NCBI RefSeq assembly: GCF_001194135.2
Contig: NC_069000.1
Coordinates: forward strand, 42,538,327 to 42,595,789
DNA length: 57,463 nt
Direction of reading: 5' to 3'
Source: Octopus bimaculoides
Taxonomy: Eukaryota
Position 1 is the first letter of the stretch, and each line of letters opens with the position of its first letter. The notes under the pieces were generated by a model. It was not told where the DNA came from and ran no database searches. It worked only from the letters and a program-made list of their open reading frames with translations. Shown piece after piece: positions 12,753-25,980 of the stretch. The position numbers were made by a program, and so were the translations under genes.

Positions 12753-14642
12753 TCTTTATGCTCTGAGTTCAAATTCTGCCGAGGTCGACTTTGCCTTTCA
12801 TCGTTTCAGGGTTGATAAATTAAGTACCAGTTATGTACTGGGGTCAATCTAATTAACTGGCCCCCTTCCCCAAAATTCCAGGCCTTGTGCCTAGAGTAGA
12901 AAAGGATTATTATTATTATTATTGTTATTTCTTTATGCTCTGAGTTCATATTCTGCCGAGGTCAACTTTGCCTTTCGTCTTTACGGGGTCGATAAATTAA
13001 GTACCAGTTGAGTACTGGGGTCGATGTGATTGACTATCGCCACCTCCCCTTAAATTCCAGGCCTTGTGCCTTTAGTAGAAAGGATTATCATCATCATGCA
13101 AGGCAGTGAGCTGGCAGAACCGTTAGCACGCCAGGCGAAATGCTTAGCGATATTTCGTCTGCCGCTACGTTCTGAGTTCAAATTCCATCGAGGTCGACTT
13201 TGCCTTTCATCCTTTCAGGGTCAATGAATTAAGTACCAGTGAAACATTGGGGTCAATGTAATCGACTTGTTTCCTCCCGCCAAATTTCAGGCCTTGTGCC
13301 TTTAGTAGAAAGGGTTATAATAATAATAATAATAATTAATATGTTGTTATTATCATCGTTATGAAGGTGGTGAGCTGACAGAATCGTTAACACATCAGAC
13401 AATAATGCTTAGTGACACTTTGTTCTGAGTTCAAATTCCACCAAGGTCTGTTTCACCTTTCTTTCACTTTTTTTCTACTGGTCGATGAAATAAGTACCGG
13501 TTACACACTGGGGTCGAAGTAATCAACTACCCCCTCCCCCCCAAAATCCCAGGCTTTGTGCCTAGAGTAAATAGGATCATTATTATTATTATTATTGTTG
13601 TGAGTCGGAGAGAAGGAATTTGAGAAGGCACTTGCTAATGAGGGATTTCAGGGAAATCTCAGACAGTGGGGTTTCTTGATAATTCCTAGAGGTGTTCCTG
13701 TACCAGGAGGGCCACATTTATCATCTCCCCCCCTTTTTAATATCTTACCTTTGTATGCTATGCATATATCTCTTTTTTTTACTAGTGTATTACATGTATA
13801 TGTGTTTTTTTTTATCATCTCATTATTATATGTAACCCCCCACACACACACACACACTTCATGTCTGTCTCTGTATTGTCCCCTTATCCTTCGCCCTTGT
13901 GGCAAATGAATTAAACCATTATTATTATTATTATTATTATTATTATGGTGGTGAACTGGTAGAATTGTTAGCACGCTGGACAAATTGCTTGGCAGTATTT
14001 TGTCACTACATTCAGAGTTCAAATTCTGCAGAGGTCGACTTTGCCTTTCATCCTTTCAGGGTTGATAAATTAAGGAACCAGTTGCGTACTGGAGTCGATG
14101 TAATTGACTGGCTCCCTTCCCAAACATTTTGGACCTTGTGCCTAGAGTAGAAAAGATTATTGTTGTTATTGTTATTAAGGCAGTGAGCTGGTAGAGCCAC
14201 TACGATGGCAGACAAGATGCTTAGTGGCCCACTTTTCGTCTTTGCATTCTGAATTTGAAATCAACTCGGGTTCACTTTGCCTGTCATCCTTTCAGAGTTG
14301 ACAAAATAAATACCCGTTAAGTACTGGGGGTTGATGTTAAATATTTCCCCTTCCCCTCAAAAACTGCTAGTTCTGTACCAAAATTTGCAATCATCATCAT
14401 CATCATTATCATTGTTGTTATTATCTAAGGCAGTGAGCTGGCAGAATTGTTAGCATGCCAGGTGAAATGCTTAGTGGCTTTTTGCCTGCTGCTACATTCT
14501 GGGTTCAAATTCCACTGAGGTCAACTTTGTCTGCTATTCTTTCAGGGTCAATAAATTAAGTACCAGTTACACACTGGGGTCGATGTAATCAATTAATCCC
14601 CCTCCTCGTAAATTTCAGGCCTTGTGCCTATAGTAGAAAGAC

Positions 14643-14697
<55 letters not shown>

Positions 14698-14900
14698 CAT
14701 CATCATTATTACTATTATTATCAAGGCAGCAAGCTGGAAAACTCGTTAGCACACCAGGCAAAATGCTTAGCGGTATTTCATCTGCCGCTACATCCTGAGT
14801 TCATATTCTGCCTAGGTTTGACTTTGCCTTTCATCCTTTCAGGGTTGATTGAATCGATTTAGCCCCCTCCCCCAAACCTGCCAGCCTTGTGCCAAAATCT
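12620..14900 (+). mobile_element. Head-to-tail array of about 9 family-B SINE units separated by (ATT/ATC)n
   Basis: Repeated head AGGCAGTGAGCTGGCAGAA.. and tail ..GGCCTTGTGCCTAGAGTAGAAA, each followed by a microsatellite. Confidence 0.85.
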
Positions 14901-14957
14901 GAATGCATTACCATCATTATCATTATAACATGCTTTTTTTTCTATTGTTAACAACTG

Positions 14958-15049
14958 TCTGAAGTGACAGAATGACTCGGGCTGAGCGTTGAGCGCATTG
15001 GCTCTTGTGCATAGAATTCTCGGCCCTTGAGTCATTCTGTAACTTCAGA
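14958..15049. repeat. Small hairpin / mini-MITE
   Basis: TCTGAAGTGACAGAATGACTC...GAGTCATTCTGTAACTTCAGA inverted arms. Confidence 0.8.
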
Positions 15050-15300
15050 TGATTATCAATTATAGGAAACATCTATATGTGCCCCCAACACACACACGCC
15101 CATACATGCATGTGCATATGTTTAAGCCGTGCATGCTTTCGGCGTGAAGTGACTGGCATGAGGAAGAGCTTCTGACTGTGAAATCCAGGCCCGACAAAGC
15201 AGATAGATACTGGATCATGATGCTTCCCTCTCAGATCCACTGGAACTTTAATCAAATCGTCCAACTCATGGAAGATGGCCATTAACAGACAACGATGATG

Positions 15301-15683
15301 ATAAAGATTGTTTGCCTGCATAACATGGCAGTCCTGGTTTAGGATGAATGTTGCTGTAATTTAGCCCCAGGAGACATCATCTCCAGCTGGCTATACGATA
15401 TGATCTGTGTCCTTATATTTTCAAACAAGGGAACCTAGCACCCCCACTCAGCTCAAAACAATATCTGTGTATCTCGATTTCCGGGTTATTTCCCTTCATC
15501 AGGAAATCGCGATACACAGATATTGTTTTGAGCTGATTTGGGGTGCTAGATTCCCTTCTTCGAAAATATAAGGACACAGATCATTTTGTATAGCCAGCTA
15601 GAGGCGATGTCTCCTTGGGCTAAATTACAGCAACATTCGTTCTAAACCAGGACTGCCATGTTATGTTGGCAAACAACCTTTAC
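15301..15683. repeat. About 380-bp imperfect foldback with a hammerhead core at its apex
   Basis: Arms cataacatggcagtcctggtttag.../...ctaaaccaggactgccatgttatg. The minus-strand centre reads CUGAUGA-A-GGG-aaauaa-CCC-G-GAAAUCGAGAUA. Confidence 0.88.
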
Positions 15684-16638
15684 TACAAAGTACTGTTGCT
15701 GAATATCTCACGTTATGTGATTTAAAAATCGTAATTTACTAACGATGATGTTACACACACACACACACACACACATAAATATATGCTTGCTTGCATGCAC
15801 ATACATTTATACGATTAAAAGTCCAGGTTATGATAAGAGAGCAATATTTCTGGCACTAAATTGACAGCAATAAAAAACGAAAATCTCTCCACTGCCTATA
15901 ATTATGGTAATAATAATGAAATATAAACCTCCTTCATAGGGTAGTAAATGCTAAACTCTATGAATATGAGATTTTCATTGGGTTGACCTACTACGAGACA
16001 CAGCATGGGGACAACAGATGTTAAAGAGATAACAGAATTGATAATAAATCTGAAATGCTGCTGACAGAAAATTGGGAAGAATGAAGATTGGTAATGGCCC
16101 CTGCTGTAATGCTTCTTATAGTTTTTTTTTTTTTTTTAGACTGCGGCCATGCTGGGGTACTGCCTTGAACTCTTAGCTGCATTGAATGTGTGTTCATAAC
16201 TTGATTTATTAGTGCTGCAGAGGACTCTGGACTTCCAGTGTGTTGACATGGTTGTTTTGCCAGCTGAAGGCACCTTGGACTAATGAATGTAACGAGAGAG
16301 CTTTGACAGAGCACAATTCAGGATAGGATACCACAGTTTAGGACAGGGAAACACCGATTCCATTTTCAGATTTCTTAACGAACAAGTCAAAACTTGGCAT
16401 TTGTTGGCCTTTGGCCTGGCTCTCTGTCAGTTCCAAGGACGAGTGTTGCAGTCAGTCCAATCAACGGCACATTCTACTCATGAAGTTAACGTGCAAGTGG
16501 CTGAGCACTCCTCAGACACATGTACCCTTAATGTAGTTCTCAGGGAGATTCAGCATGACACAGAGTGTTACAAGGCTGGCCCTTTGAAATACCGGTACTA
16601 CTCATTTTTGCCAGCTGAATGGACTGGAGTAATATGAA

Positions 16639-16675
<37 letters not shown>

Positions 16676-19198
16676 NNNNNNNNNNNNNNNNNNNNNNNNN
16701 NNNNNNNNNNNNNNNNNNNNNNNNNNNNNNNNNNNNNNNNNNNNNNNNNNNNNNNNNNNNNNNNNNNNNNNNNNNNNNNNNNNNNNNNNNNNNNNNNNNN
16801 NNNNNNNNNNNNNNNNNNNNNNNNNNNNNNNNNNNNNNNNNNNNNNNNNNNNNNNNNNNNNNNNNNNNNNNNNNNNNNNNNNNNNNNNNNNNNNNNNNNN
16901 NNNNNNNNNNNNNNNNNNNNNNNNNNNNNNNNNNNNNNNNNNNNNNNNNNNNNNNNNNNNNNNNNNNNNNNNNNNNNNNNNNNNNNNNGGTGTCACACCG
17001 ATGGCACCTGTACCAGTGACATGTAACAGTACCGGTTACACTCTCAGAGTGGTTGGCATTAGGAAGGGCATCCAACTGTAGAAACCATGCCAAATCAGAC
17101 AGGAGTCTGGTGCAGCCTTCCTGCTTGCCAGCCCTGGTCAAACCGTCCAACCCATGCCAGCATGGGCAACGGCGCAGGACTGGCTGTGTGTTAAGTAGCT
17201 TGCTTCCCAACCACAAGGTTCCGGGTTCAGTCCAACTGCATGGCACCTTCAGTAGGTGTCTTCTACCATAGCCTCGGGATGATCAAAGCCTTGTGAGTGG
17301 AGTTGGTAGACGGAAACTGAAAGACGCCCATTGTATGTGAGTGTGTTTGTGTCTGTTTTTGTCCCCCACCACCGCTTGACTACTGGTGTTGCTCTTTTTA
17401 TATCCCTGTAACTTAGAAGTTCACCAAAAGAGGCCGATAGAATAAAGTACCAGGTTTAACTAAAAGTAAGTCCTGGGGTCAATTTATTCAACTAAAACAA
17501 ATTGTTCAGCCAGTGACATGTAGAAAGCACCATTCGAGCATGGCCAATGTCAGTGCTGCCTCACTGGCACCTGTGCCAATGGCACATAGAGAGCACCATT
17601 CGAGCGTAGCCGATGCTAGTGCCACGTTACTGGCACCCATGCCTGTGGCATGTAAAAAGCACCATTTGAGTGTAGCCAATGCCAGTGCCACTTGACTGGC
17701 TCCTGTGCTGTGGTATGTAAAAAGCACCCCCTATACTCTTGGAGTGGTTGGCGTTAGGAAGGGCATCCAGCTGTAGAAACCTTGCCAGATCAGATTGGAG
17801 CCTTGTACAGCCTCCTGGCTTGCCAGTCTTCAGTCAAACCATCCAACCCATGCCAGCATGGAAAGCAGACGTTAAACAATGTTGATGACAATGAATTGTA
17901 TAAAAAGAAAATCCTTAAACTATTTTGTGTATTATAGAAATGTAATTAATTTATTGCAGATGAATTTTAACAACAAAATCTTACAGGGACCCCCAAAGGT
18001 CATATGGACCGCGGTTAAGAAACACTGTTTTAGAGCAAAAAAACAGAAGGAAAAAATTAAGCCATTGTTGTTGTGAGTTGGTCTTTAGAGACATCAGTTA
18101 CCTGGTTGCAAAAGTTGCAAAGCAGGTTAGATGTTGGTAGCAGTGGAGATTGCAGCAGTAGAGATTGATGGTAGCGGTGGTGGTGATAGTGATGATGATG
18201 GTAGCGGTGGAGGTGGTAATAGAATAAGTATCAAGAACATCTGTTTTTCCATGCTGGCATGGGTTGGAAGGTTTGACAGGAGCTGGCAAGCCAGAAGACT
18301 ACCAGGCTCCACTGTTTCATGCCTGTCTATTATTTAAGCTCTATTTTACCTCTTTCACCATACCACTGTGTTTTTTTCTCCCTTCCTCCCTCCTTCTCAA
18401 ACATAATTTATGACTTGCACCACCACCTCCATCCCTCTTAATGTCATTTTCTTATGTAATTGCCCTAATAACTGATCTTTGTGTTACACTATCTTCCCAT
18501 CCTTCTACTCTTCCTACCCCACCTCCTTATACACACTCACATTCAAACAAGTTTATGCATATCATAAATGCATACAAAATACATAGAAATATGTACACAC
18601 ACACATTCATACATGTTTAATAGACCAACATACATTATTGTCATATATAGATATACATACTCTCACATAAATGCATATTCTGGAGATATGCTGTGATTGA
18701 GAAGACCCGGCAAGTAAAGTGAGATCACAGCTGTAGCCTATAGCAGTGTCACATAACCAACCCATTTAAAAAGTACCTTTGAATCGTCGGGCGACATTCC
18801 GTGCTTGAAGAGAGCTATTGAGTCGAGTAAAATCAAAAATCAAATCACAATCAAAAATGGAAATTGTAGTTGTGGCCGATGCCAGTGCTGCCTGACTGGC
18901 TCTCATGCTGGTGGCACACAATAAGCACCATTCATGTGTGGGTCGTTGCCAGTGCTACCTGACTGGCTCCCCGTGCTGGTGACATGTAAAAAGCACCATC
19001 CGAATGTGGTTGATGCCAGCCCCGACTGGCTTTTGTGCCGGTAGCACATGACAGGCACAATCTGAACGTGGCCAGTGCCAGTGCCGCCTGACTGGCTCCC
19101 ATGTCGGTGGCACGTAAAAAGCACCCACTGCACTCTTGGAGTGGTTGGCGTTAGGAAGGTTATCCAGCTGTAAAAACATTGCTTGATCNNNNNNNNNN

Positions 19199-19238
<40 letters not shown>

Positions 19239-21149
19239 TGTAATAGATTGTGTGCACAATGAAAAGCAAGAATCAGAATGGTGACATACATATTCATTCT
19301 TAAAATGTTCTGGCAGATTTGAAAGTAAATGTGCCAATGGTTGTTCTTTCTCACCATTGGGGAACAACTCCTTTTGGGTAGGTATGTGTTCCCAACACAT
19401 TTGATTCCTTAGAGTGAGGGGACTTTGGGATACTTGGTGTTTCAACACTGCTGTATCTCTTCAGTCAAAGCTATTCTGGACAAATGAATCTAACAAGAAT
19501 TTGTGGCTCTTGTTTATAGAAATCAGCAAACCAATTATTTTTCTCATGCATGCTGGTATCTGCCAACTGATAATAAATAATTTATTTTGGGAAAGGCAAG
19601 ACTCAGGATGATGTCATACAAATTTATTCATAATACATTCCAGCAGGTTCAAACATAAATATGCTAATCGCTAGTATATTTCCTCATTGGAGAACAACTT
19701 TTCCTTTAAGATCAATGTGTGTTCATTATACATTCGATTAGTTAGAGGAAAGGAACTTTGGGACTCTCATTGTTTCAACATTGTTGTGCCTTCTCAGTTA
19801 AAGCTACCCCAAACTAATGAACTTAAATGAAAATGAGCTAAGAGAACTGAGTGGTAATGACCCGGATGTAAACAATAAAGGCAAGTAAAATCCAGGAGGC
19901 TGTACAAAGCTCCAATCTGATTTGGCAGGGTTTCTACAGCTGGATGCCCTTCCTAACACCAACCACTCCAAGTGAATAGGGGTGCTTTTTACGTACCACC
20001 AGCAAGTACATCAAATCTCGTACAAGATAAATTCTTGATTTAATGAAATTCTTTTTCTTTTGAGAGAAGAATAAAGAAATGCCTTGTGGCAATTGTGATC
20101 TCAAGAATTCTCCAGAATATCAAAGTCCCGTCATCATCACCATTTCTTACATTTTTCCCATAGTGACATGAGTTAGATGAGACTTCTTGGGGTTCTACTC
20201 TTGTTACCATGGCTCCGTGGTTAAGAAGCTCACTAGGCAACCAGGTGATTCTTACTGCAGCCCCATCCCTCAGCATCTTGGTTCAACTGCCGTGTACTAG
20301 AGCCCCAGGCCTATCAAAGCTTTGTGTGTGAATTTGGTAGATGGACAGTGTGGTGCCTGTGCCTACAGTACTGTTTTCGCTGCACCAACATATACACATA
20401 TATTCTATCATTTGTTTCAGTCATTTGACTGCGACCATGCTGCAGCACCGCCTTCAGTCGAACAAATCGACCTCAGGACTTATTTTCTGTAAGCCTAGTA
20501 CTTATTCTATCAGTCTCTTTTGCCAAACCACTAAGTTACGGGGGACTTAAACACACCAGCATCGGTTGTCAAGCGATGGTAGGAGGACACACACACACAC
20601 ATATATACGATGGGCTTCTTTCAGTTTCCGTCTACCAAATCCACTCACAAGGCTTTGGTTGGCTTGAGGCTATAGTAGAAGACACTTGCCCAAGGTGCCA
20701 TGCAGTGGGACTGAACCCGGGACCATGTGGTTGGGAAGCAAGCTACTTACCACACAGCTACGCCTGTGCCTATATATGTATGTCTATGTGTATATTTTAA
20801 GACAGNNNNNNNNNNNNNNNNNNNNNNNNNNNNNNNNNNNNNNNNNNNNNNNNNNNNNNNNNNNNNNNNNNNNNNNNNNNNNNNNNNNNNNNNNNNNNNN
20901 NNNNNNNNNNNNNNNNNNNNNNNNNNNNNNNNNNNNNNNNNNNNNNNNNNNNNNNNNNNNNNNNNNNNNNNNNNNNNNNNNNNNNNNNNNNNNNNNNNNN
21001 NNNNNNNNNNNNNNNNNNNNNNNNNNNNNNNNNNNNNNNNNNNNNNNNNNNNNNNNNNNNNNNNNNNNNNNNNNNNNNNNNNNNNNNNNNNNNNNNNNNN
21101 NNNNNNNNNNNNNNNNNNNNNNNNNNNNNNNNNTGATGTTTTTAAGCTT

Positions 21150-21515
21150 GTTTCTGTCCTTAAATCTCTCTCATATTTTCTGTTCTTTTTCTTCTTTCAT
21201 TTTCTCTCTTCTGTCTTTATCTCTCTCTCTCTGTCTTTCTCCCTCCCTCCCTTTCTTTCTCTTCTATTTTCTATTTCTTTTTCCTTTTCTCTTTGTCTCT
21301 TTTCTCTCTTTCTTCCTTCCTTTATCTTCATTTCTTTCTTTCTTTCTCTTTGTTTCATTTCTCTCTTTGTTTCTTTCTTTCTTTCCCTGTCTTTCTTTTC
21401 CCTCTCTGTTTTCTCTCTCTCTGTTTTCTCTCTCCTTGTTTTTTCTCTCTCTCTCTGTTTCTTTCTTTCTTCATCTCTCTCTCACTCTCCTCTCCCCCCT
21501 CTCTCTACCTTCCCC
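21150..21515 (+). repeat. Long polypyrimidine (CT-rich) tract
   Basis: About 360 nt of almost only C/T next to an N gap. Confidence 0.9.
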
Positions 21516-21919
21516 CTTACACTCATTGTCACCCAGCCACTTCTAACATTTGTTTCTCCCATCTCTCTTTATTAACCATTACACCCTCCTACCCTCACAT
21601 ATAATGCCCTTACCCCCACTCAGCAAATACCCTTTCTAGGGTGGGGGCAGCATCTCAGGTCATACCAGAGGCAAACCTACTCACAATTCCCACAAGTTCG
21701 GAGAGCGGGTGGGGTGGGGTGTGAAGATCCTACTTATTATCCCTCTTCTGCCTGACATCCACCCTTTTGTCACATTCTCTGCCTTAAAATCCACCCCAGT
21801 TCTACACACCTCCACCCTGTCTGTTTCAAGACTACCCTCTATTACTCCCCCCCACCACTACCATCACCATCTTCCTCACCACTTTGTCATGAAATTGTAG
21901 TCAAGTGTTCTTGTTTGTA

Positions 21920-22786
21920 NNNNNNNNNNNNNNNNNNNNNNNNNNNNNNNNNNNNNNNNNNNNNNNNNNNNNNNNNNNNNNNNNNNNNNNNNNNNNNNNN
22001 NNNNNNNNNNNNNNNNNNNNNNNNNNNNNNNNNNNNNNNNNNNNNNNNNNNNNNNNNNNNNNNNNNNNNNNNNNNNNNNNNNNNNNNNNNNNNNNNNNNN
22101 NNNNNNNNNNNNNNNNNNNNNNNNNNNNNNNNNNNNNNNNNNNNNNNNNNNNNNNNNNNNNNNNNNNNNNNNNNNNNNNNNNNNNNNNNNNNNNNNNNNN
22201 NNNNNNNNNNNNNNNNNNNNNNNNNNNNNNNNNNNNNNNNNNNNNNNNNNNNNNNNNNNNNNNNNNNNNNNNNNNNNNNNNNNNNNNNNNNNNNNNNNNN
22301 NNNNNNNNNNNNNNNNNNNNNNNNNNNNNNNNNNNNNNNNNNNNNNNNNNNNNNNNNNNNNNNNNNNNNNNNNNNNNNNNNNNNNNNNNNNNNNNNNNNN
22401 NNNNNNNNNNNNNNNNNNNNNNNNNNNNNNNNNNNNNNNNNNNNNNNNNNNNNNNNNNNNNNNNNNNNNNNNNNNNNNNNNNNNNNNNNNNNNNNNNNNN
22501 NNNNNNNNNNNNNNNNNNNNNNNNNNNNNNNNNNNNNNNNNNNNNNNNNNNNNNNNNNNNNNNNNNNNNNNNNNNNNNNNNNNNNNNNNNNNNNNNNNNN
22601 NNNNNNNNNNNNNNNNNNNNNNNNNNNNNNNNNNNNNNNNNNNNNNNNNNNNNNNNNNNNNNNNNNNNNNNNNNNNNNNNNNNNNNNNNNNNNNNNNNNN
22701 NNNNNNNNNNNNNNNNNNNNNNNNNNNNNNNNNNNNNNNNNNNNNNNNNNNNNNNNNNNNNNNNNNNNNNNNNNNNNNNNNNNNNN
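21920..22786. other. Assembly gap (largest of many N runs, e.g. about 10839-11149, 16677-16988, 20806-21133, 37656-38184, 38527-38880, 45285-45729)
   Basis: N runs, mostly flanked by (AT)n microsatellites. Confidence 0.99.
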
Positions 22787-23541
22787 TATATTTTCAGTTG
22801 TAAGATCCATTAGAATCTAGGAATTTCAATGTATAGGGCACCAGGAAGGGCAAGGTACTGGGCTAGTAATATTTGGCTGTTGTTAGCTGGATGGATGCTG
22901 TAATTATGCCTTTGAGTAGACCAGAACCTCCTGAATGGATTTGGTTGACAGAAACTGAAAAGAAGCCCCCACCCCCTATATATATTGTTGTGCCTGTGTA
23001 TGTACGTATGTGTGTGTGTGTGCGTACTTGTTTCATGCCACCACTTGTCATCAGGTGTTTGTGTGTTTATGTCCCTGTAACTTTGCAAAAGGTAGTGATA
23101 AAATAAGTGTCAGTCTTAAAAAGAATCTAATTCGCCTTAAAGAATGTTCATAGGGGTGCCCCAGCATGGCCACAGTCTGCTGACTGAAACAAGTAAAATG
23201 TGTGTGGGGAGGGTATGACTGTGTAGTATCTTGGGCAAGTGTCTTCTACTATAGCCTCATGCCGGCCAAAGCTTTGAGTGGATTTGATAGTTGGAAACTG
23301 AAAGAAGCCCATCGTATGTACATATATCTGTGTTTGTGCCCACTCACCATCACCGCTTGACAACCGGCGTTGGTGTGTCTACGTCCCCGTAACTTAGCGG
23401 TTCGGCAAAAGTAACCGATAAAATCAGTACTAGACTTAAAAAATAAGTTCTGGGATAAATTTGTTCAACTAAAGCCCTCCAGCATGGCCGCAGTCAAATG
23501 ACTGAAAGAAGTGAAAGAACAGATTAAAAGAAAAAAATTTA

Positions 23542-23577
<36 letters not shown>

Positions 23578-24119
23578 TATATATANNNNNNNNNNNNNNN
23601 NNNNNNNNNNNNNNNNNNNNNNNNNNNNNNNNNNNNNNNNNNNNNNNNNNNNNNNNNNNNNNNNNNNNNNNNNNNNNNNNNNNNNATATATATATATAAC
23701 CTTGTACACATGAGAAAAAGTGATTGGCTAGGCACTTTCCTTCGCCTACCATCCTTGTTATCTGTTACTTGCATATTACCACCGTCGTCAAGGCAGATAT
23801 CTTTACCGCCAACCCAACGAATGCTTTATTCCTTCCCCAACCTCTTATATGTGTATATACATAGATATATGTGTGTGTGTGTTCATGTATGTATACACGA
23901 ACACACACATGCACGCATTCACAGTGACAAGACCAAAGAGAGAGAGAGAGAGAGAGGGACAGATAGAAACTTGTTGCTTCACGCAAGAAAACAAACGCAA
24001 GCCTGGCCCGCGCTGTGACACACAATTACTCCGGTGCCCGTTTTGTTTGTACAAACGTAATCGTTCTCTGATTTCGCTTTCCCTGTGATTTCTCCCCCTT
24101 TTTTGTCTCCATCCAGAAT

Positions 24120-24122
24120 ATG
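24120..24122 (+). CDS. PCBD: Candidate proximal first coding exon of PCBD (ATG only)
   Basis: AATATG|GTATGT, a strong phase-0 donor, preceded by unique CpG-containing sequence. Vertebrate PCBD1 exon 1 also contributes only the Met. Confidence 0.65.
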
Positions 24123-24513
24123 GTATGTCCAAATAACCCTTCACTTTTGTTATTCTATTATTCACTTCTCACACAATCTGTGTTTAACGTTTTTTTTATT
24201 TTTATTTTTTAAAATTTTTTATTGATTTAATTTTTTTACGAGTTTTTTTGTTTTGTTTTGTTTTGCTTTTCTTTTCCATAACCGCTCTTTTAAATTCTTT
24301 CTCATCCGTTGAGCCAGACCGATGCCAAACTAGAGCACTTTAAGCATTTCCTACAATAGTCTCAGGTCGATTAATACCTTGCGTTTATATGTGTTATATA
24401 TATATATTTCTATATAGGCGAAAGTAAAGAATATGTACAATCGCTGTTTAAGGGTTTAGGGTTAGGGTTTTTGTCACGCCGAAAACGGGTGGTGTGCCTA
24501 TTCTTTACCTTCA

Positions 24514-24562
<49 letters not shown>

Positions 24563-24944
24563 TGTGTATTTCTTCTATCTTAATGAATAAAAATTCTTCT
24601 GATAGAATAAATGGGTTAATAGAAACCAATGTAGTAAAGAACACAAAATAACTGTGGTTTAGTTCCTGTTTTTAAGGCAGGAACTCCTTGAAATTTTGGG
24701 TATTTGAGTATATTTAAGAATTTAAGGATTGGAGAAAACGCATGTTATAATTGCATACTTTATTCTTACATATGTTTCAAAGGATTACAACCTGTGTGAT
24801 CCATAGGGATCTTTGATATTAAAATTGTAACCTTCTCATCAGGGAAAGCATGGGAATCATCTTAAACGTAAGACATTATGACCGATTATGAAAACAATAG
24901 ATGGATAAGGTTATGACTTGATTCATTATATATATAGTAGCACT

Positions 24945-25302
24945 CTGTCTTTTATGACGACGAGGGTTCCAGCTAATCCGATTAACAGAACAGCCTGCTC
25001 GTGTAATGAACGTGCAAGCGGTTGAGCACTCCACAGACACGTGTGCCCTTAACGTGGTTCTCATGGAGATTCAGCGTGACGGGGTGTGACAAGGCTGGCC
25101 CTTTGAAATGCAGGTACAACAGAAACAGGAAGAAAGAGTGAGAGAAAGTTGTGGTGAAAGAGTACAGCAGGATTCGCCACCATCCCCTGCCGGAGCCTCG
25201 TGGTGCTTTAGGTGTTTTCACTCAATAAACACTCACAATGCCCGGTCTGGGAATCGAAACCGCAAATCCGCTGCCCTAACCACTGAGCCATTGCGCCTCC
25301 AC
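24945..25302 (-). mobile_element. tRNA-headed SINE family D (also 34425-34805, 44778-45166; partial at about 16420-16640, 25330-25510, 57200-57270)
   Basis: Minus strand starts GTGGAGGCGCAATGGC(C/T)CAGTGGTTAGGG...TTCGATTCCCAGACCGGGC. Copies are highly similar. Confidence 0.85.
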
Positions 25303-25624
25303 ATGTGTGTGTGAAGGCACGTGGTACATTGTGTCCTTGAGCAAGACTCTCTTTCCCGTTGCTCCAGTCCACTCAGCTGGTGAAAATGAGTTGTACCCGT
25401 AATTCAAAGAGGCCACTCTTGCCACACTCTGTGTCACGTTGAATCTCCCTGAAAACTACGTTAAGGGTGCACGTGTCTGTGGAGTGCTCAACCACTTGCA
25501 CGTTAATTTGTATTAACACCTGGATGTTAATACATACATACGTATGTATATATATGTGCAAGTATGTGTGTTTATTTTTGTATTCGAATTTATTTCATGT
25601 AAAAAATTGTCTTATTTCGATAAT

Positions 25625-25980
25625 TTCTACTAATCACTGACGTCTATTCAGTTGAAAACAGTTAGCGCTGTAACGGTGTATATCGTATTAATCCCCTAAC
25701 CCTAACCCTAACTAGACTGTTAACCGTAACCGTAACCCTAACCCTAACTCTAGAATCCGAACTCTAAAATTGTTACACACATAGATACGCACAGCGTAAT
25801 TTATTATATAAACAATATATGCGTATAAATTACGATTAAACCGGATGAAATATGTTACAGGGAATAACATTTTTATGACCGCCCAGCAGTAACTCTATTA
25901 AGCTGAATAGACGTCAGTGATTGGTTGAAATTACAGAAATACGACAACTTTAACATGGAATAACTTGCGAATTCCTTTTT
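25625..25980. mobile_element. Non-autonomous inverted-repeat element containing (CCCTAA)n
   Basis: AATCACTGACGTCTATTCAG (about 25630) is inverted at CTGAATAGACGTCAGTGATT (about 25905). Internal CCCTAA/CCGTAA units. Confidence 0.65.

Noticed and set aside
12620-14900. CRISPR-like repeat-spacer appearance
   Set aside because: Units are about 200-bp diverged SINEs with microsatellite spacers in eukaryotic DNA, with no cas genes.
21887-22820. Long ORFs across N runs (also about 10.7-11.4, 16.6-17.2, 37.5-39.1, 45.1-45.9 kb)
   Set aside because: Artefacts of translating N as X.
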